Source: an uncultured delta proteobacterium
GTDB taxonomy: Bacteria; Desulfobacterota; RBG-13-43-22
Reading direction: 5' to 3'
Assembly: GCA_963790475.1 (NCBI GenBank)
Contig: CAWBOS010000013.1
Coordinates: 224,001-288,000, forward strand
DNA length: 64,000 bases
Within the stretch, counting starts at the first letter, position 1. Each line of letters opens with the position of its first letter. This document shows, piece by piece, positions 1-10,623 of this stretch. Both the position numbers and the translations under genes were made by a program. The notes under the pieces are model-generated. The model saw only the letters and a list, made by a program, of their open reading frames with translations, searched no databases and was not told the origin of the DNA.

Positions 1-366
1 TTTCATCCCCTGGCTGACCAGGCAATTGGCGCCAATCACACAGTAGTTCCCTATCTCCGCGTCATGGAGAAGGGTGGCATTCATACCGATGAGGACATTA
101 CTTCCTATGCTGCTACAATTAATCACCGCACAGTGCCCGATATGCACATTGTCGCCAATCGTCAGGCCGGTACCATGAATGACCGCATTATCCTGGACAT
201 TGGTATTCCGGCCTATTTTTGCATAGCCTTTGTCAGCACGAATTACCGCCCCCGGCCATACACTTGAGTTCTCCCCAATTTCTATATCACCAACAACATA
301 AGCCGCTTCGCTGATAAAAGCTGACTCAGCTATTTTCGGGTCCTGGCCATTGAAACTTCTGATCAT
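1..366 (-). CDS. gamma-carbonic anhydrase family (hexapeptide-repeat) protein, 3' end outside window
   Basis: Manual translation from ATG at 366: MIRSFNGQDPKIAESAFISEAAYVVGDIEIGENSSVWPGAVIRAD...NVQDNAVIH...IGHCAVIN; not in ORF track because it runs off the edge. Confidence 0.9.
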   Translation of the reverse strand, partial: MIRSFNGQDPKIAESAFISEAAYVVGDIEIGENSSVWPGAVIRADKGYAKIGRNTNVQDNAVIHGTGLTIGDNVHIGHCAVINCSSIGSNVLIGMNATLLHDAEIGNYCVIGANCLVSQGMK

Positions 367-428
367 TCCTGTCTCCTTATTTCTTATCTTGATTTAGGGA
401 TGAGCTGATTTCTTCTTGGATTGGTGGT

Positions 429-893
429 CTAGAAGGTCTGCGCCATTTCAGGGGTCAGAATCCAACGAATCGCCCATTGCTTATTCTCTTTTTGCTCCAG
501 GCAATTTATGGCCCCGAAACGAAAGAGTACGGGACGGATATTCTCATCTCCGGTGATCAAATGGGAAGTCAGTTTTTCCAAATGGGGGAGATGTCCGACA
601 AGCATCAGTTCCTTTTCACTTTGATTTATTTTATCAGCCCAGAGTTGTATGTCATCCAGGGGGGCCATACCCTGGGCTGTTTCAATCGATTTGTCCAAGG
701 CCCCTCCCACGATCGCCGCCGTCTGTTCGGCCCTTAGCTTTCCACTATGATAAATTTTGGAAGGATTTAAGGTCATTTTTTGGGCTATGTTAGCCACACT
801 TTTAACTTCATTTTCCCCCTTTGGCGTCAAACTCCGCTGGGGATCTTCGGCCTCTGTTTTGGCTTGGCCATGCTGAACCAGATAAAGTCTCAT
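429..893 (-). CDS. sixA: phosphohistidine phosphatase SixA
   Basis: LYLVQHG, R-x-LT, HSGKLRAEQTA and LVGHLP motifs. Confidence 0.9.
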   Translation of the reverse strand: MRLYLVQHGQAKTEAEDPQRSLTPKGENEVKSVANIAQKMTLNPSKIYHSGKLRAEQTAAIVGGALDKSIETAQGMAPLDDIQLWADKINQSEKELMLVGHLPHLEKLTSHLITGDENIRPVLFRFGAINCLEQKENKQWAIRWILTPEMAQTF

Positions 894-1028
894 GTCCCCT
901 CCCGTTAATTATCTTAGTGAACTTCTCCAATGAAATCCCCGTCCAGTTAAACAATTCCTCCGGTCAAATTCTTCGGTATAACAAATCAGCAGGGACTTAA
1001 TTGTTTTTTCGTTTATCCCGATATTTTA

Positions 1029-1274
1029 CTATTTCTTTCTAAATTTAGGGTCACTTAAAAGTAAGGCAACCCCTGCGATTGCTGTAATTGAAATGATTTC
1101 TAATATTACTCTTTGAAAATCAACCACGGCCGGGGATAAAGGAGACCAAATCAAGGTATAATAATTAATCGAAAACTCTTTCCCCTCGGTTATAAATCTC
1201 CAAGGCACATAAATAGAAACGATAGCCACAAGTAGGCAGTAAACGATTAAGATAATTTTCCTGGTATTATTCAT
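1029..1274 (-). CDS. small membrane protein, hypothetical
   Basis: 81 aa, two hydrophobic segments, AGGAG RBS upstream. Confidence 0.6.
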   Translation of the reverse strand: MNNTRKIILIVYCLLVAIVSIYVPWRFITEGKEFSINYYTLIWSPLSPAVVDFQRVILEIISITAIAGVALLLSDPKFRKK

Positions 1275-1328
1275 TTTCTTTTCTCCTTTTAGGTCCTGAC
1301 CTGATAGGTTATTTTTCCACCAATAAAA

Positions 1329-1512
1329 TTAACGCTCGACTTTTACAATCCCCACCTTGTTGACCCCGCTACAGGCGATGTAAAGAGTTCCTTCCGAGGT
1401 AGATACCCGCTTCACCCTTAAATCCCTTGATCGGGGATCCAACCGACCCACGGAGTTACCTCTTTCAGCCGTAAACCAAATAATACCCTTATGATCAAAG
1501 ACCAGGCTGTTT
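1329..1512 (-). pseudogene. Vgb/streptogramin-lyase-like beta-propeller remnant
   Basis: Manual translation SLVFDHKGIIWFTAERGNSVGRLDPRS...TSEGTLYIACSGVNKVGIVKVER*; no start codon. Confidence 0.65.
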
Positions 1513-1593
1513 CACCAAAAGCGCTTCAAGAAACAGTCCATTCCCTAAAAGGCTTTGGCGACAGTAGCTTATGGATTTTCCCCTATTTCGCAC

Positions 1594-2676
1594 TTAGACG
1601 ATAAGAACGGGGATCGCGTGCTCCAGCACCCCGTTGTTGCCGTATCCCAAAACATTCCACTGCGCGTTATAAGGCTGCTGACGGCCCTCGGTATCCGTTG
1701 CCCGAGACATCAGGGTGTACTCGCCCTTTTTTCCCACTTCCCACAAGTACTGCCATTGTCGCCAAGCGAACGGCTCGTGAGGACCGATAAAGGCCGCCCG
1801 GTTCCATGTTTGTCCGCCGTCCACCGAAACATCAACCCCTTCCACATTGATCGGACCGGCGTAGGCCGCTCCCAGGATTGTCACCATGCCCACAGAAAGT
1901 TTCTCTTCTTTGACCGGTTGGGTGATGATGGACTTTAATTTCAGACGGGTTACCACCTCACCGGATTTGGGATCTTCTTCCTTTTGAAACACGCGATAAA
2001 CCTGGTCCATGAAAAAACCTTCAAAGGGCTTGTCCAAGACCTTGATTTTGCAAAGCCACTTCACACAGTTGGCGCCTGTCCAGCCCAAGGCCAAGGCCCT
2101 TAAAGGAAACCCATGTTTTGGCGGCAGAGGTTCGCCGTTCATCTCGTAGGCCAGGAAGGTTGATGACCTGGCCTTCTCAATCGGGATGCTGCGGATAAAT
2201 TGCACCGGTTTGGCGCCCAGAGGTTTATCCAACCCTTCAAAAGCAACATGCCGCGCGCTTTTTTTCAAGCCAGTTTTGTTCAACAGATCCCTCAGCCAGA
2301 CTCCACCCCAAACGGCATTTCCAACACCGCCGATGGTCCAGGGATTTCCCGAGGCCTTTTCTTGCAGAAGGGAACGGCTGTTCCCTGAACATTCAAGGGT
2401 GTTCACAATGGTTTCCTTGGGCATCCGGTAGATCTGGTCGAAATTGAATCTTAGAGGCTCTTCCACTTCCCCCTCGATGATGAGCTCCCACTCGGAGAGG
2501 GCTATCGGTTTCTCAGGGATTTCACCCTGATTGCGATCGAAAAAGATTGAATTGGCCGTAATCCACGACCGGAGATATTGAATCGGACTTTCCGCGTTTA
2601 ACGGTTTTTCGCTCATCACACGCATTTTCTCTTCCACGCCTGTTCCCTCCTTTCCATAGACCCTTGACCGCATCAA
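1594..2676 (-). CDS. sulfite oxidase family molybdoenzyme (start may be ~50-60 nt downstream)
   Basis: PLNAE, LECSGN (Mo-ligand Cys), HGFPLR, VKWL and C-terminal WNVLGYGNN. Confidence 0.9.
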   Translation of the reverse strand: MMRSRVYGKEGTGVEEKMRVMSEKPLNAESPIQYLRSWITANSIFFDRNQGEIPEKPIALSEWELIIEGEVEEPLRFNFDQIYRMPKETIVNTLECSGNSRSLLQEKASGNPWTIGGVGNAVWGGVWLRDLLNKTGLKKSARHVAFEGLDKPLGAKPVQFIRSIPIEKARSSTFLAYEMNGEPLPPKHGFPLRALALGWTGANCVKWLCKIKVLDKPFEGFFMDQVYRVFQKEEDPKSGEVVTRLKLKSIITQPVKEEKLSVGMVTILGAAYAGPINVEGVDVSVDGGQTWNRAAFIGPHEPFAWRQWQYLWEVGKKGEYTLMSRATDTEGRQQPYNAQWNVLGYGNNGVLEHAIPVLIV

Positions 2677-2910
2677 GGGGTTAGACGATTCATGCGTTTC
2701 TCATAAACGGCCTGATGCCCAAACTGCCCCGCAAGAATCATTGCCGGGCGATGAGGCCTTCCCCATACCGAATCTGTCAAAGGATCACCCCCGTTAAATT
2801 GATTGACAAGAAGTTATTTTTGGATGGGTAGAGTATAAAATAAGAAAATGACCGGGTCAAAGGAAAAAGGCATAAAAAACAAGATTGGGTTGGTGTTTCC
2901 AAATGGTTTT

Positions 2911-3290
2911 TTAAAATTCTGCATATCCCGTACCCAGGTAGGCCTCGATGACAGCCTGGTTGCTGCCTACTTCCATCCGCGGCCCCTCGGCGATTTTCTG
3001 CCCATAGTTGAGTACGACCACCCGATCGGAGATATTCATGACGACCTTCATTTTATGTTCAATCAAAAGAATACTGATTCCCTGTTTTCGCACATTTTGA
3101 ATAAGGGTCATCATACTGCTGTTCTCTTCTTCGGAAAGGCCCCCCATGGGCTCGTCCAGGAGCAGTAGTTTGGGTTGGGTGGCCAAAGCCATACCAACGG
3201 CCAAACGTTTCTGAGACTCATGGGGAATGTTGTTGGCCAGATCCGAGGCCCGCCCCTGAAGGCCGATGAATTCCAGCATCTCTTCAGCCT
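2911..3290 (-). pseudogene. branched-chain amino-acid ABC ATPase (LivG-like), C-terminal fragment
   Basis: PKLLLLDEP, LIEH, VIEAYLG present; Walker A half absent. Confidence 0.8.
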
Positions 3291-3338
3291 TCTGGCGGCA
3301 GCGGCATTCATCCTCTCGGCAGCGGCGAGTTTGGATTT

Positions 3339-3707
3339 AAACAACATAACGGATACATTGAAGCGGAGAGTAAACCCGGCAAAGGGACCACCTTTAATAT
3401 CTATCTTCCGAAAACGGAAACAATAGAGAAGGATATCGGAGAAGCCAGTGAAGACCTCGCCCGGGGATCAGAGACCATCTTGGTGACCGAGGATAGTCAG
3501 GAGGTTAGAAGATTCATCAGGGAGATACTGACTAAGAAAGGCTATGCCGTCATAGAGGCCTTTGACGGGGAACAGGCGGTCCAGAAATACAGGGAATATC
3601 AAAAAGACATCGACCTTCTCCTCCTGGATGTGGTCATGCCCAAAAAGAACGGTCAGGAAGTTTATGAAGAGATAAGGACAATTCACTCCTGTGCCGCGTC
3701 GCATTAA
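3339..3707 (+). pseudogene. hybrid histidine kinase fragment (HATPase tail plus partial receiver domain)
   Basis: KQHNGYIEAESKPGKGTTFNIYLP in frame with ILVTED...LLLDVVMPKKNG; truncated at both ends. Confidence 0.8.
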
Positions 3708-3825
3708 GAGACAACAGCATCGACCCAACGAGTTTTACTGCAATCCGACTTGTCTCCGGAGCGGTAATGCTTTGGCTGGTCGCGCGAAGGGGTCGCCCCC
3801 CCTGCCCTTCATCTTATCTTTCTGC

Positions 3826-3854
3826 TTGATCCTGTTCTTTCCTTGTCTTATACT
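3826..3854 (+). promoter_or_regulatory. sigma70-type promoter TTGATC-N17-TATACT
   Basis: 17-bp spacing; 3' flank TTATACTCTTCCCAT identical to the copy near 43416. Confidence 0.6.
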
Positions 3855-3991
3855 CTTCCCATGAAAAGGTAGCTTTTTGTCAATTAGTGATTCGGGCTTG
3901 CTTGGCCTTTGGCAAATCGAGCGATAATATTTTTCTTATATTTATCTCCAGAAAAATGATCATTTTTGATCAGTGTTAAGGAGGGACCAAT

Positions 3992-5470
3992 ATGGATAAT
4001 CCTGATAAAGGCATGGAAAAGCTTTTAGCTATTGAAAAAAGCCTGAATGGAATGATTGATCTTCATCGGCTGGTTAATGAATTAAAGGAAATGGAAATCA
4101 ATCAACAAAGAATTATCGAGGAACTTCAGGGCAATGTCAACAAATACAAAACCTTCCTCCAAAATATCCCCCTGAGATTCTTTATCAAGAACACGGATTT
4201 ATCCTATAGATACTGCAGCCGGAGCTATGCGGATGACCTGAAAAAACTACCCGAAGAAATTATCGGGAAGACGGATCGAGATTTCTTCCCGTCCGACTTG
4301 GCTGAAAAATTCATGGGAGACGATAAAAAAGTTCTCGAAACCGGTGAGCTGGAAATTATCGAAGACCAATATATCGTTGACGGTCAGGAGTCTATCGTTA
4401 ATATGGTCAAAGCTCCCCTCAGGGATGAGAATAGAAACATTGTTGGCTTGATAGGCATATTCTGGGATATCACCAAAAGGAAAAATAGAGAAGAAGAAGC
4501 ATTGAGATACCGTGCCCAGATCGAAGGCCTTTTGTCCAGCCGAACGGATGAACTGGAAAAAACAAGCCAGCTGCTTCAACAGGAGAGTTCAGAGCGCCGG
4601 CAAGTGGAGGAGAGACTAAGGCAGACGGAGGAAATCCGTCAGACCATTTTTGAAGGGACTGAGGCAGCCTTCGCCGTGCTCAGTGAAGAGGACATGATTA
4701 TAATGCAGGCCAACAGAAAATTTGAGGAAGTCCTGGGAATCCATCGGGAAGAGATGGAAAACAAGAAATCCTTGTTGGAATTCATCGCCGGCGGTGATTT
4801 AGAGAGAATAAAGGAACAGTGTCTGACCATCAGATCAGGTTCGGATAGCCTGCCGGCGGGGGTGCCGGCGGGTCGAGAATATCAGTTCGTTGACCAGCAA
4901 GGGAACCGGAAAGACATCTTGGTGACCATGGCCCTGATTCCGGGAAACAGGAGGATTACGGCCTCTTTCCTCGATGTCACCGAACGCAACCATTTGGAGA
5001 AGGCTCTCCAGTGGTCGGAAGAAAGGCATCGAGGGTTGATTGAAAAGGCTCCTGTGGCCATCGGTGTGATTCAGAAGGGAGTATTTAAATTCATCAACCC
5101 CAGGGTCATTGAGATATTTGGATATTCAGAGGAGGAGCTCACTTCACGGCCGGTATTGGAATTCATTCATACCGATGATCGGAAGATCGACAAACTCCTC
5201 TTCAAAGAATCGAACGATGGAGAACTCCATCACCTCTTTTTCTTCAAAATCGTCCACAAGGATGGAACCATCCGCTGGGTCGAAGATAGGGTGGACTTGA
5301 TTGATTGGGAAGGAAGCCCGGCGACCATAAATTTTTTCACTGATATCACTTTACGAAAGCAGGCCGAAGACGAATTGCTCAACTCCATCCGGCCCTTTCG
5401 CGACCTAATTGAAAAGGCACAAAGGGTCATGACCACGGAACAGGGCCAGGTCGGCGAAAAGCCAGAGTGA
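3992..5470 (+). CDS. multi-PAS-domain protein with no recognisable output domain
   Basis: Three PAS/PAC units ending WDITKRK, LDVTERN, TDITLRKQAE with coiled-coil linkers. Confidence 0.85.
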   Translation: MDNPDKGMEKLLAIEKSLNGMIDLHRLVNELKEMEINQQRIIEELQGNVNKYKTFLQNIPLRFFIKNTDLSYRYCSRSYADDLKKLPEEIIGKTDRDFFPSDLAEKFMGDDKKVLETGELEIIEDQYIVDGQESIVNMVKAPLRDENRNIVGLIGIFWDITKRKNREEEALRYRAQIEGLLSSRTDELEKTSQLLQQESSERRQVEERLRQTEEIRQTIFEGTEAAFAVLSEEDMIIMQANRKFEEVLGIHREEMENKKSLLEFIAGGDLERIKEQCLTIRSGSDSLPAGVPAGREYQFVDQQGNRKDILVTMALIPGNRRITASFLDVTERNHLEKALQWSEERHRGLIEKAPVAIGVIQKGVFKFINPRVIEIFGYSEEELTSRPVLEFIHTDDRKIDKLLFKESNDGELHHLFFFKIVHKDGTIRWVEDRVDLIDWEGSPATINFFTDITLRKQAEDELLNSIRPFRDLIEKAQRVMTTEQGQVGEKPE

Positions 5471-6045
5471 AACGAAATGATTCTGTAAAAAGAACTGTAA
5501 TGCGATTATAGAAGGCAAGAAGGCCCTTTTTCACAGGGGTGAGCCGGCGAAGGTATCTGTGACCTTTTAATCGGGGACCCTTTCATTCCTTTTCCGCCTG
5601 ATAAGGTCGGAATCAAACCCGCTTCAGGTCTGCGGTCCTGCAATTATAAATAGGTGTCGCGTCAATTGACCCTTGGCCGATTGCCTGGCGGATGGTATTT
5701 GGATCTCCATAGAGAGTTGCAGGACGTGGTTTATTAGATCCGACCATCGGGCTAACCGTCTGCCAGAGGACCGGGTCAACGGATTTGCCGTTTTCCCGGA
5801 CCCAGTCAGGAATGGGTTTCCCCGCTTCCTCCCCATTTTTCCATCAACCGGAAATCAATAAATCCACTAACATGACAAAGCGGAGGAAATTTCTTTAGAC
5901 TTCTCCGAAACTATTTGGATTGGCTCCTTTATTAAATAATACTCTATTTCCCCAGCAAAAATACAGCCTTCACCCTATTCACCCTTTTAATGACTGCTGG
6001 TAGGTTAATAAAATATTGATAACCCTATTTACAAGGAGGTTTGTG

Positions 6046-6585
6046 ATGGCCAAAGCAAAGAGCAAAAAAGGCAATATGGACATGGAAGCAGTGATGAAAA
6101 TCTATAGGAAAGTGGGAATTCCGGGTGCGGCTCACCAGCGGCTGGCAAGAATGGAGGGAAGTTGGATCACCAAGATCACGGCTTCGATGGGCCCCGATAA
6201 CCCCCCCATGGAATCCAAAGGCACCTGCAAACAGAAAATGATCCTTGACGGGCGATTCCTGCAGCAAGAGTATACCGGTGATATGATGGGGACTACATTC
6301 AAAGGTATCAACCTCATCGGGTATGACAACCATACCAAGAAGTATGTGTCGATTTGGATCGATTCGATGAGTACCGCCCTTTATTATTTTGAAGGGACTG
6401 CCAGCCGAAATGGGAAGACCATTACCCAGGTAAGCCTCTACGACGACCCGGCCCGGGGTCCCATGACCTGGCGCAGTGTGACCAGGATCGTAAATGATAA
6501 TACCGTGGTCTATGAAATGTATAACAAACCCAAAGGGGGCAGGGAAGAGAAGGAGATGGAGATGACCTTAACCCGGAAAAAATGA
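6046..6585 (+). CDS. DUF1579 family protein
   Basis: PGAAHQRLARMEGSW, GYDNHTKKYVSIWIDSMST; AGGAGG RBS supports start near 6046. Confidence 0.85.
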   Translation: MAKAKSKKGNMDMEAVMKIYRKVGIPGAAHQRLARMEGSWITKITASMGPDNPPMESKGTCKQKMILDGRFLQQEYTGDMMGTTFKGINLIGYDNHTKKYVSIWIDSMSTALYYFEGTASRNGKTITQVSLYDDPARGPMTWRSVTRIVNDNTVVYEMYNKPKGGREEKEMEMTLTRKK

Positions 6586-6626
6586 CGCCCTCTCGGTCGG
6601 ATGAGGCAGGAAGAAGGGGACAGGGA

Positions 6627-7105
6627 ATGAATACCGGAGGATTATCCAGGACGAGGCTCGGCCACATGCACGATGTCATGGCCGGCCATGTCGCGAGGCC
6701 AATATCGACCGGCCGGCCACCTGCTACCAGCCCGATCCCACGACCGGCAGGCTCGCCTTATTCGACGACGCCCGTGGCGGACTGTTTTCCCGCCCTCCCC
6801 TTTTCGAATCCGGCGCCGGCGGGCTGGTCTCAACGGTCGATGATTATCAGGCCTTTTGCCGGATGATGCTCAATTGGGGAAAACACGGCCGCAAGCGCAT
6901 CCTGTCCATGATAACCCGGCGCGACGATCTGGCGGGAGTCCCCGGACGGTTCGGGTGGGACGGCGGCTATGGAACCTCCGGATATTCCGACCCCAGGGAG
7001 GATCTGGTCGCGATCCTGTTGACTCAGGTCCTCTGGCGATCCCCCATCCCTCCGGCTGTCCAACTCGATTTCTGGACCTCGGTCTACCAGGCGATCGACG
7101 ACTAA
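6627..7105 (+). pseudogene. serine hydrolase (beta-lactamase family) remnant with internal deletions
   Basis: N-terminus MNTGGLSRTRLGHMHDVMAGHV, then FESGAGGLVSTVDDY...MMLN, then GRFGWDGGYGTS...DFWTSVYQAIDD*; SxxK region absent. Confidence 0.8.
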
Positions 7106-7324
7106 GGCGGCTCATGGCGAGGGACTCGCGCATTCAGCTCCCCGGATACCGGGTATTGTTACTATTATTTTTCGAAGCTCACCGATCGAATGGAAACAAA
7201 AGACGATAATGAACTTGGGTAGGGATCGCAGCCCCATCAGGCCAACGGTGTGAAGGTATGGGGGATGAGCGAGTGTCTCAAAAACCACGAACATTTCAGG
7301 CGAACCTCATCGATAGGGCTTTAA

Positions 7325-7469
7325 AGAGACCTTTGAAAAATGATCAATTTTGTCCAAGGTCAAGGAAGACTAAAATTTCAACCACAGGAATACATTTTAG
7401 TATTTCGAGGATTAAAATTTGAGTCTGACGCAGAGATTGGGCAAAAGGGGGCCTTTTTCATAGGTCTCT
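7325..7469. mobile_element. ~145 bp MITE, copy 1
   Basis: Terminal inverted repeats GAGACCTTTGAAAAA / TTTTTCATAGGTCTC; near-identical to 63026-63167. Confidence 0.8.
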
Positions 7470-7485
7470 CTTATGGAGTTTGACT

Positions 7486-8232
7486 ATGAAAGTATATATT
7501 GGGACAAGCGGGTTTGGATACAAAGAGTGGAAAGGAATTTTCTATCCGGAAAAGATTTCACCCAGGGAAATGCTCCATTATTATTCGGAACGCCTCAACA
7601 CGGTAGAGATCAACAACACCTTTTATCACCTGCCCACCGAGGGCCTCCTAACCTCCTGGGCGAAACAGGTCCCCGACGGTTTTGTCTTCGCCCTCAAGGC
7701 CCCCCAGATCATCACCCACCTGAAGCGGTTGAGAAATGTTGAGGAGGAGACCGAGTACCTCTTCAGGACTCTGTCCCTTCTGGACAGGAAACTGGGGCCG
7801 GTTCTTTTCCAGTTTCCCAAGAGTTTTCAGGCCGATCGCCCGCTGCTGGAAGCTTTTCTCGATCTGATCCCGCCCAACAGCTCCTGTGCCTTTGATTTCC
7901 GCAGTCCCTCCTGGCAGGGGATTGAAATACTGGACCTCCTTCATCAAAGGAGATGCAGCCTGTGCATCGAGGATACCGATGATAGTCCGATCCAGGAAAT
8001 CACCGGTACGGCATCATGGGGCTATCTGCGCCTGCGCCGTTACGATTATACCGACGGCGAACTGTCACAATGGATGGAAAGAATCTTTTCTCAAAAATGG
8101 GAGAAGGCTTTCGTCTTTTTCAAACACGAAGAAGAGGCCCTGGGGCCCCAAAGGGCCATACGTTTTCAAGAGCTTACCGATTCAAGGGCCAAGAAGTTTA
8201 AAAAAGGAAAGAAGAGCGCCGCAAGAACCTGA
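7486..8232 (+). CDS. DUF72 family protein
   Basis: IGTSGFGYKEWKG, TVEINNTFY, LGPVLFQFP, YLRLR, VFFKHE. Confidence 0.92.
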   Translation: MKVYIGTSGFGYKEWKGIFYPEKISPREMLHYYSERLNTVEINNTFYHLPTEGLLTSWAKQVPDGFVFALKAPQIITHLKRLRNVEEETEYLFRTLSLLDRKLGPVLFQFPKSFQADRPLLEAFLDLIPPNSSCAFDFRSPSWQGIEILDLLHQRRCSLCIEDTDDSPIQEITGTASWGYLRLRRYDYTDGELSQWMERIFSQKWEKAFVFFKHEEEALGPQRAIRFQELTDSRAKKFKKGKKSAART

Positions 8233-8246
8233 AAGGGTAGGCCCCC

Positions 8247-10571
8247 ATGCCCAGGACATCTCAAATAACCCGGGTCGGCAAGCGGAAGATTGAGCTTTCC
8301 AATCTGGAGAAAGTTTTCTACCCCGACGACCATATCCTGAAGGCGGAGCTGATCGAGTATTATCTCAAAGTCGCTCCTACGATCCTTGCCCATGCGAAGG
8401 GACGCCCGCTTTCTCTCGTTCGTTATCCGGACGGCATTGACGGCGAACGATTCTTCCAGAAGAACAGGCCCGAATGGGCACCGGAATGGATAGAGCATGT
8501 CGTCCTGGGGGAATCCGAAAAGGTCGATTATGTGATCGCCAGCGAAGAAGCTTCGCTTGTTTGGCTGGCCAACCTGGCCTGTATAGAGCTTCATCAGATG
8601 CATTGCCGTTCGCCGCACTTCGACAAGCCCGATTACTTCGTGTTTGATCTGGACCCGCCGGAGAACTACCGGTTTGAAAATCTGATTGAAATCGCCCTTG
8701 AACTGAAAGGACACCTGGAGAACTTCGGTTACCGCCCCTTTATCAAAACGACCGGGAGCAAGGGTTTTCACATCCTGGTCCCTATCGAACCGAAGTGGAC
8801 CTTCGATAAAGTCTTTGAGGCCGCGCAGGAGGTGGCCAAACCGTTCGTTGAATCACATCCCCATTCGACCACCTTGAATATCAAAAAGGAGGCCCGTCAA
8901 GGAAGGGTGTTGGTGGACATTTATCGCAACCGGACCTATCAGACCATTGTCTCGGCCTACAGCCTGCGCGGACTTCCGGGGGCCCCCGTTTCGATGCCCC
9001 TGCGATGGGATCAGGTGGCGGGTCTCCGCAGTGCCGCTGACTTTAAACTGCCTGTTGTGTCCGGTCAGATAGTCGGTGAAGGTGACGCCTGGGAGGGGAT
9101 GGCCGCCTATGCCGCCGGCCTGCATACGATGCGGAAAAAGGCGGCAGCCAAAAAGGATCCTCAACCCTCTCCGAAAGACCAGCCTCCCCGGATGCTTAAG
9201 GAATACGCCGGAAAACGAAGCTTTGAGAAAACCCCGGAGCCGCCGCCGGCCATGGCGGCCGGGGAAGGCGAAGACTTTGTCTTGCACCGGCACCACGCCA
9301 CTCGTCTGCATTATGATCTCCGTCTTGAGCAAGGGGGGGTGTTAAAATCCTGGGCTGTCCCCAAGGGACTTCCTCCCCGGCCGGGCATTCTGCGTTTGGC
9401 CATCTCGACCGAAGACCATCCTCTGGAATACAAAAACTTCGAGGGGACCATACCCAAGGGACAATACGGCGGCGGTCAGGTATGGATCTTCGCCCGGGGG
9501 AAATACGAAATCACCAAAGAGAAGAAGGACGGGTTCTATTTTCGGCTCCAGAGCAGTGAGGTGAGCGCCGAGTACCGGATGCATCGCACCAAGGGGAATG
9601 AATGGCTGCTCGAACGCCTGGACCAGCCGCAGGTTGATTGGCTGCGTGATCCCATCGAACCGATGCTGGCCCAATCAGCGGGAAAGCCCCCGGAGGGAGA
9701 AGACTACCTCTACGAAATAAAATGGGACGGTCTGCGGGCCCTGATTGCCCTGGACGAAGGCCAAATCAGCATCCGCAGCCGTAATCAGCAGGACATCACC
9801 GGAAAGTTTCCGGAACTCTTGACCGCCGACCAGGCCTTCAGAGCGGTTTCGGCCCTATTCGACGCGGAGATCGTCTGTCTGGATGACGGGGGGAAGCCCG
9901 TGTTCAAGAATGTTGTACACAGGATGCAGCAAAGTGGCGAAGGGGCCATCCAACGGGCCCGGGCCAAATATCCGGCCGTGTGCTACGTCTTCGATTGCCT
10001 CTATCTCGACGGCCGCCCGATTGTCAATGAGCCGTTAATCCGCCGTCGGGACTGGATGAAGGACGCCATTAAGCAGGAGTCGCCCTATCGGGTCAGTGAG
10101 GTAGTTACCGAAGGGGCCGAGCTGTTCAAGGCCGTGGTGAAAATGGGGCTTGAGGGTATTATGGCCAAAGTAAAAGACAGTCGCTACCGGGCCGGGACAC
10201 GCAGCGGACAGTGGTTGAAAATAAAAAAACGGCAAGCCATGGAGTGTGTGATCATCGGCTATACCGAAGGGAAAGGGGATCGCCGGGGCTTGTTCGGTGC
10301 CTTGCAGTTGGCCCGGCGCGAAGGCAACCTCCTCCGATATGTGGGAAAAGTGGGAACGGGATTTGATGCCAAGTCGATGAAAGAGACCTTCACCTATTTA
10401 GAGAAATTCAAACAGGTAAAGAGACCGATCCAGGAAAAGCCGCTGGACGACAAACAAACCGTCTGGATCGAACCCAAGGCGATTTGCGAAGTGCAGTTCG
10501 CTTCGCTGACCAAAGATGGGATGCTCCGCGAACCGGTGTTTCTCCGGCTCCGCCCGGATTTGGTTGAATGA
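8247..10571 (+). CDS. ligD: DNA ligase D (polymerase-phosphoesterase-ligase domain order)
   Basis: RYPDG/FFQK/FDLDP/KTTGSKGFH (POL), HHATRLHYDLRLE/SWAVPKG (PE), EIKWDG/EGIMAK/LREPVF (LIG). Confidence 0.96.
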   Translation: MPRTSQITRVGKRKIELSNLEKVFYPDDHILKAELIEYYLKVAPTILAHAKGRPLSLVRYPDGIDGERFFQKNRPEWAPEWIEHVVLGESEKVDYVIASEEASLVWLANLACIELHQMHCRSPHFDKPDYFVFDLDPPENYRFENLIEIALELKGHLENFGYRPFIKTTGSKGFHILVPIEPKWTFDKVFEAAQEVAKPFVESHPHSTTLNIKKEARQGRVLVDIYRNRTYQTIVSAYSLRGLPGAPVSMPLRWDQVAGLRSAADFKLPVVSGQIVGEGDAWEGMAAYAAGLHTMRKKAAAKKDPQPSPKDQPPRMLKEYAGKRSFEKTPEPPPAMAAGEGEDFVLHRHHATRLHYDLRLEQGGVLKSWAVPKGLPPRPGILRLAISTEDHPLEYKNFEGTIPKGQYGGGQVWIFARGKYEITKEKKDGFYFRLQSSEVSAEYRMHRTKGNEWLLERLDQPQVDWLRDPIEPMLAQSAGKPPEGEDYLYEIKWDGLRALIALDEGQISIRSRNQQDITGKFPELLTADQAFRAVSALFDAEIVCLDDGGKPVFKNVVHRMQQSGEGAIQRARAKYPAVCYVFDCLYLDGRPIVNEPLIRRRDWMKDAIKQESPYRVSEVVTEGAELFKAVVKMGLEGIMAKVKDSRYRAGTRSGQWLKIKKRQAMECVIIGYTEGKGDRRGLFGALQLARREGNLLRYVGKVGTGFDAKSMKETFTYLEKFKQVKRPIQEKPLDDKQTVWIEPKAICEVQFASLTKDGMLREPVFLRLRPDLVE

Positions 10572-10623
10572 TCGGATCACTTTGGATCGGGAGGGACCAC
10601 GGGGATTATTAAAGGACTCAATT

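Noticed and set aside
1513-1515. In-frame TGA before the Vgb-like fragment as selenocysteine
   Set aside because: Not a Cys position in that family, no SECIS-like hairpin, and the upstream frame is not Vgb-like
5480-5900. Possible ncRNA or small genes after the PAS gene
   Set aside because: No recognisable RNA motif, RBS or protein family
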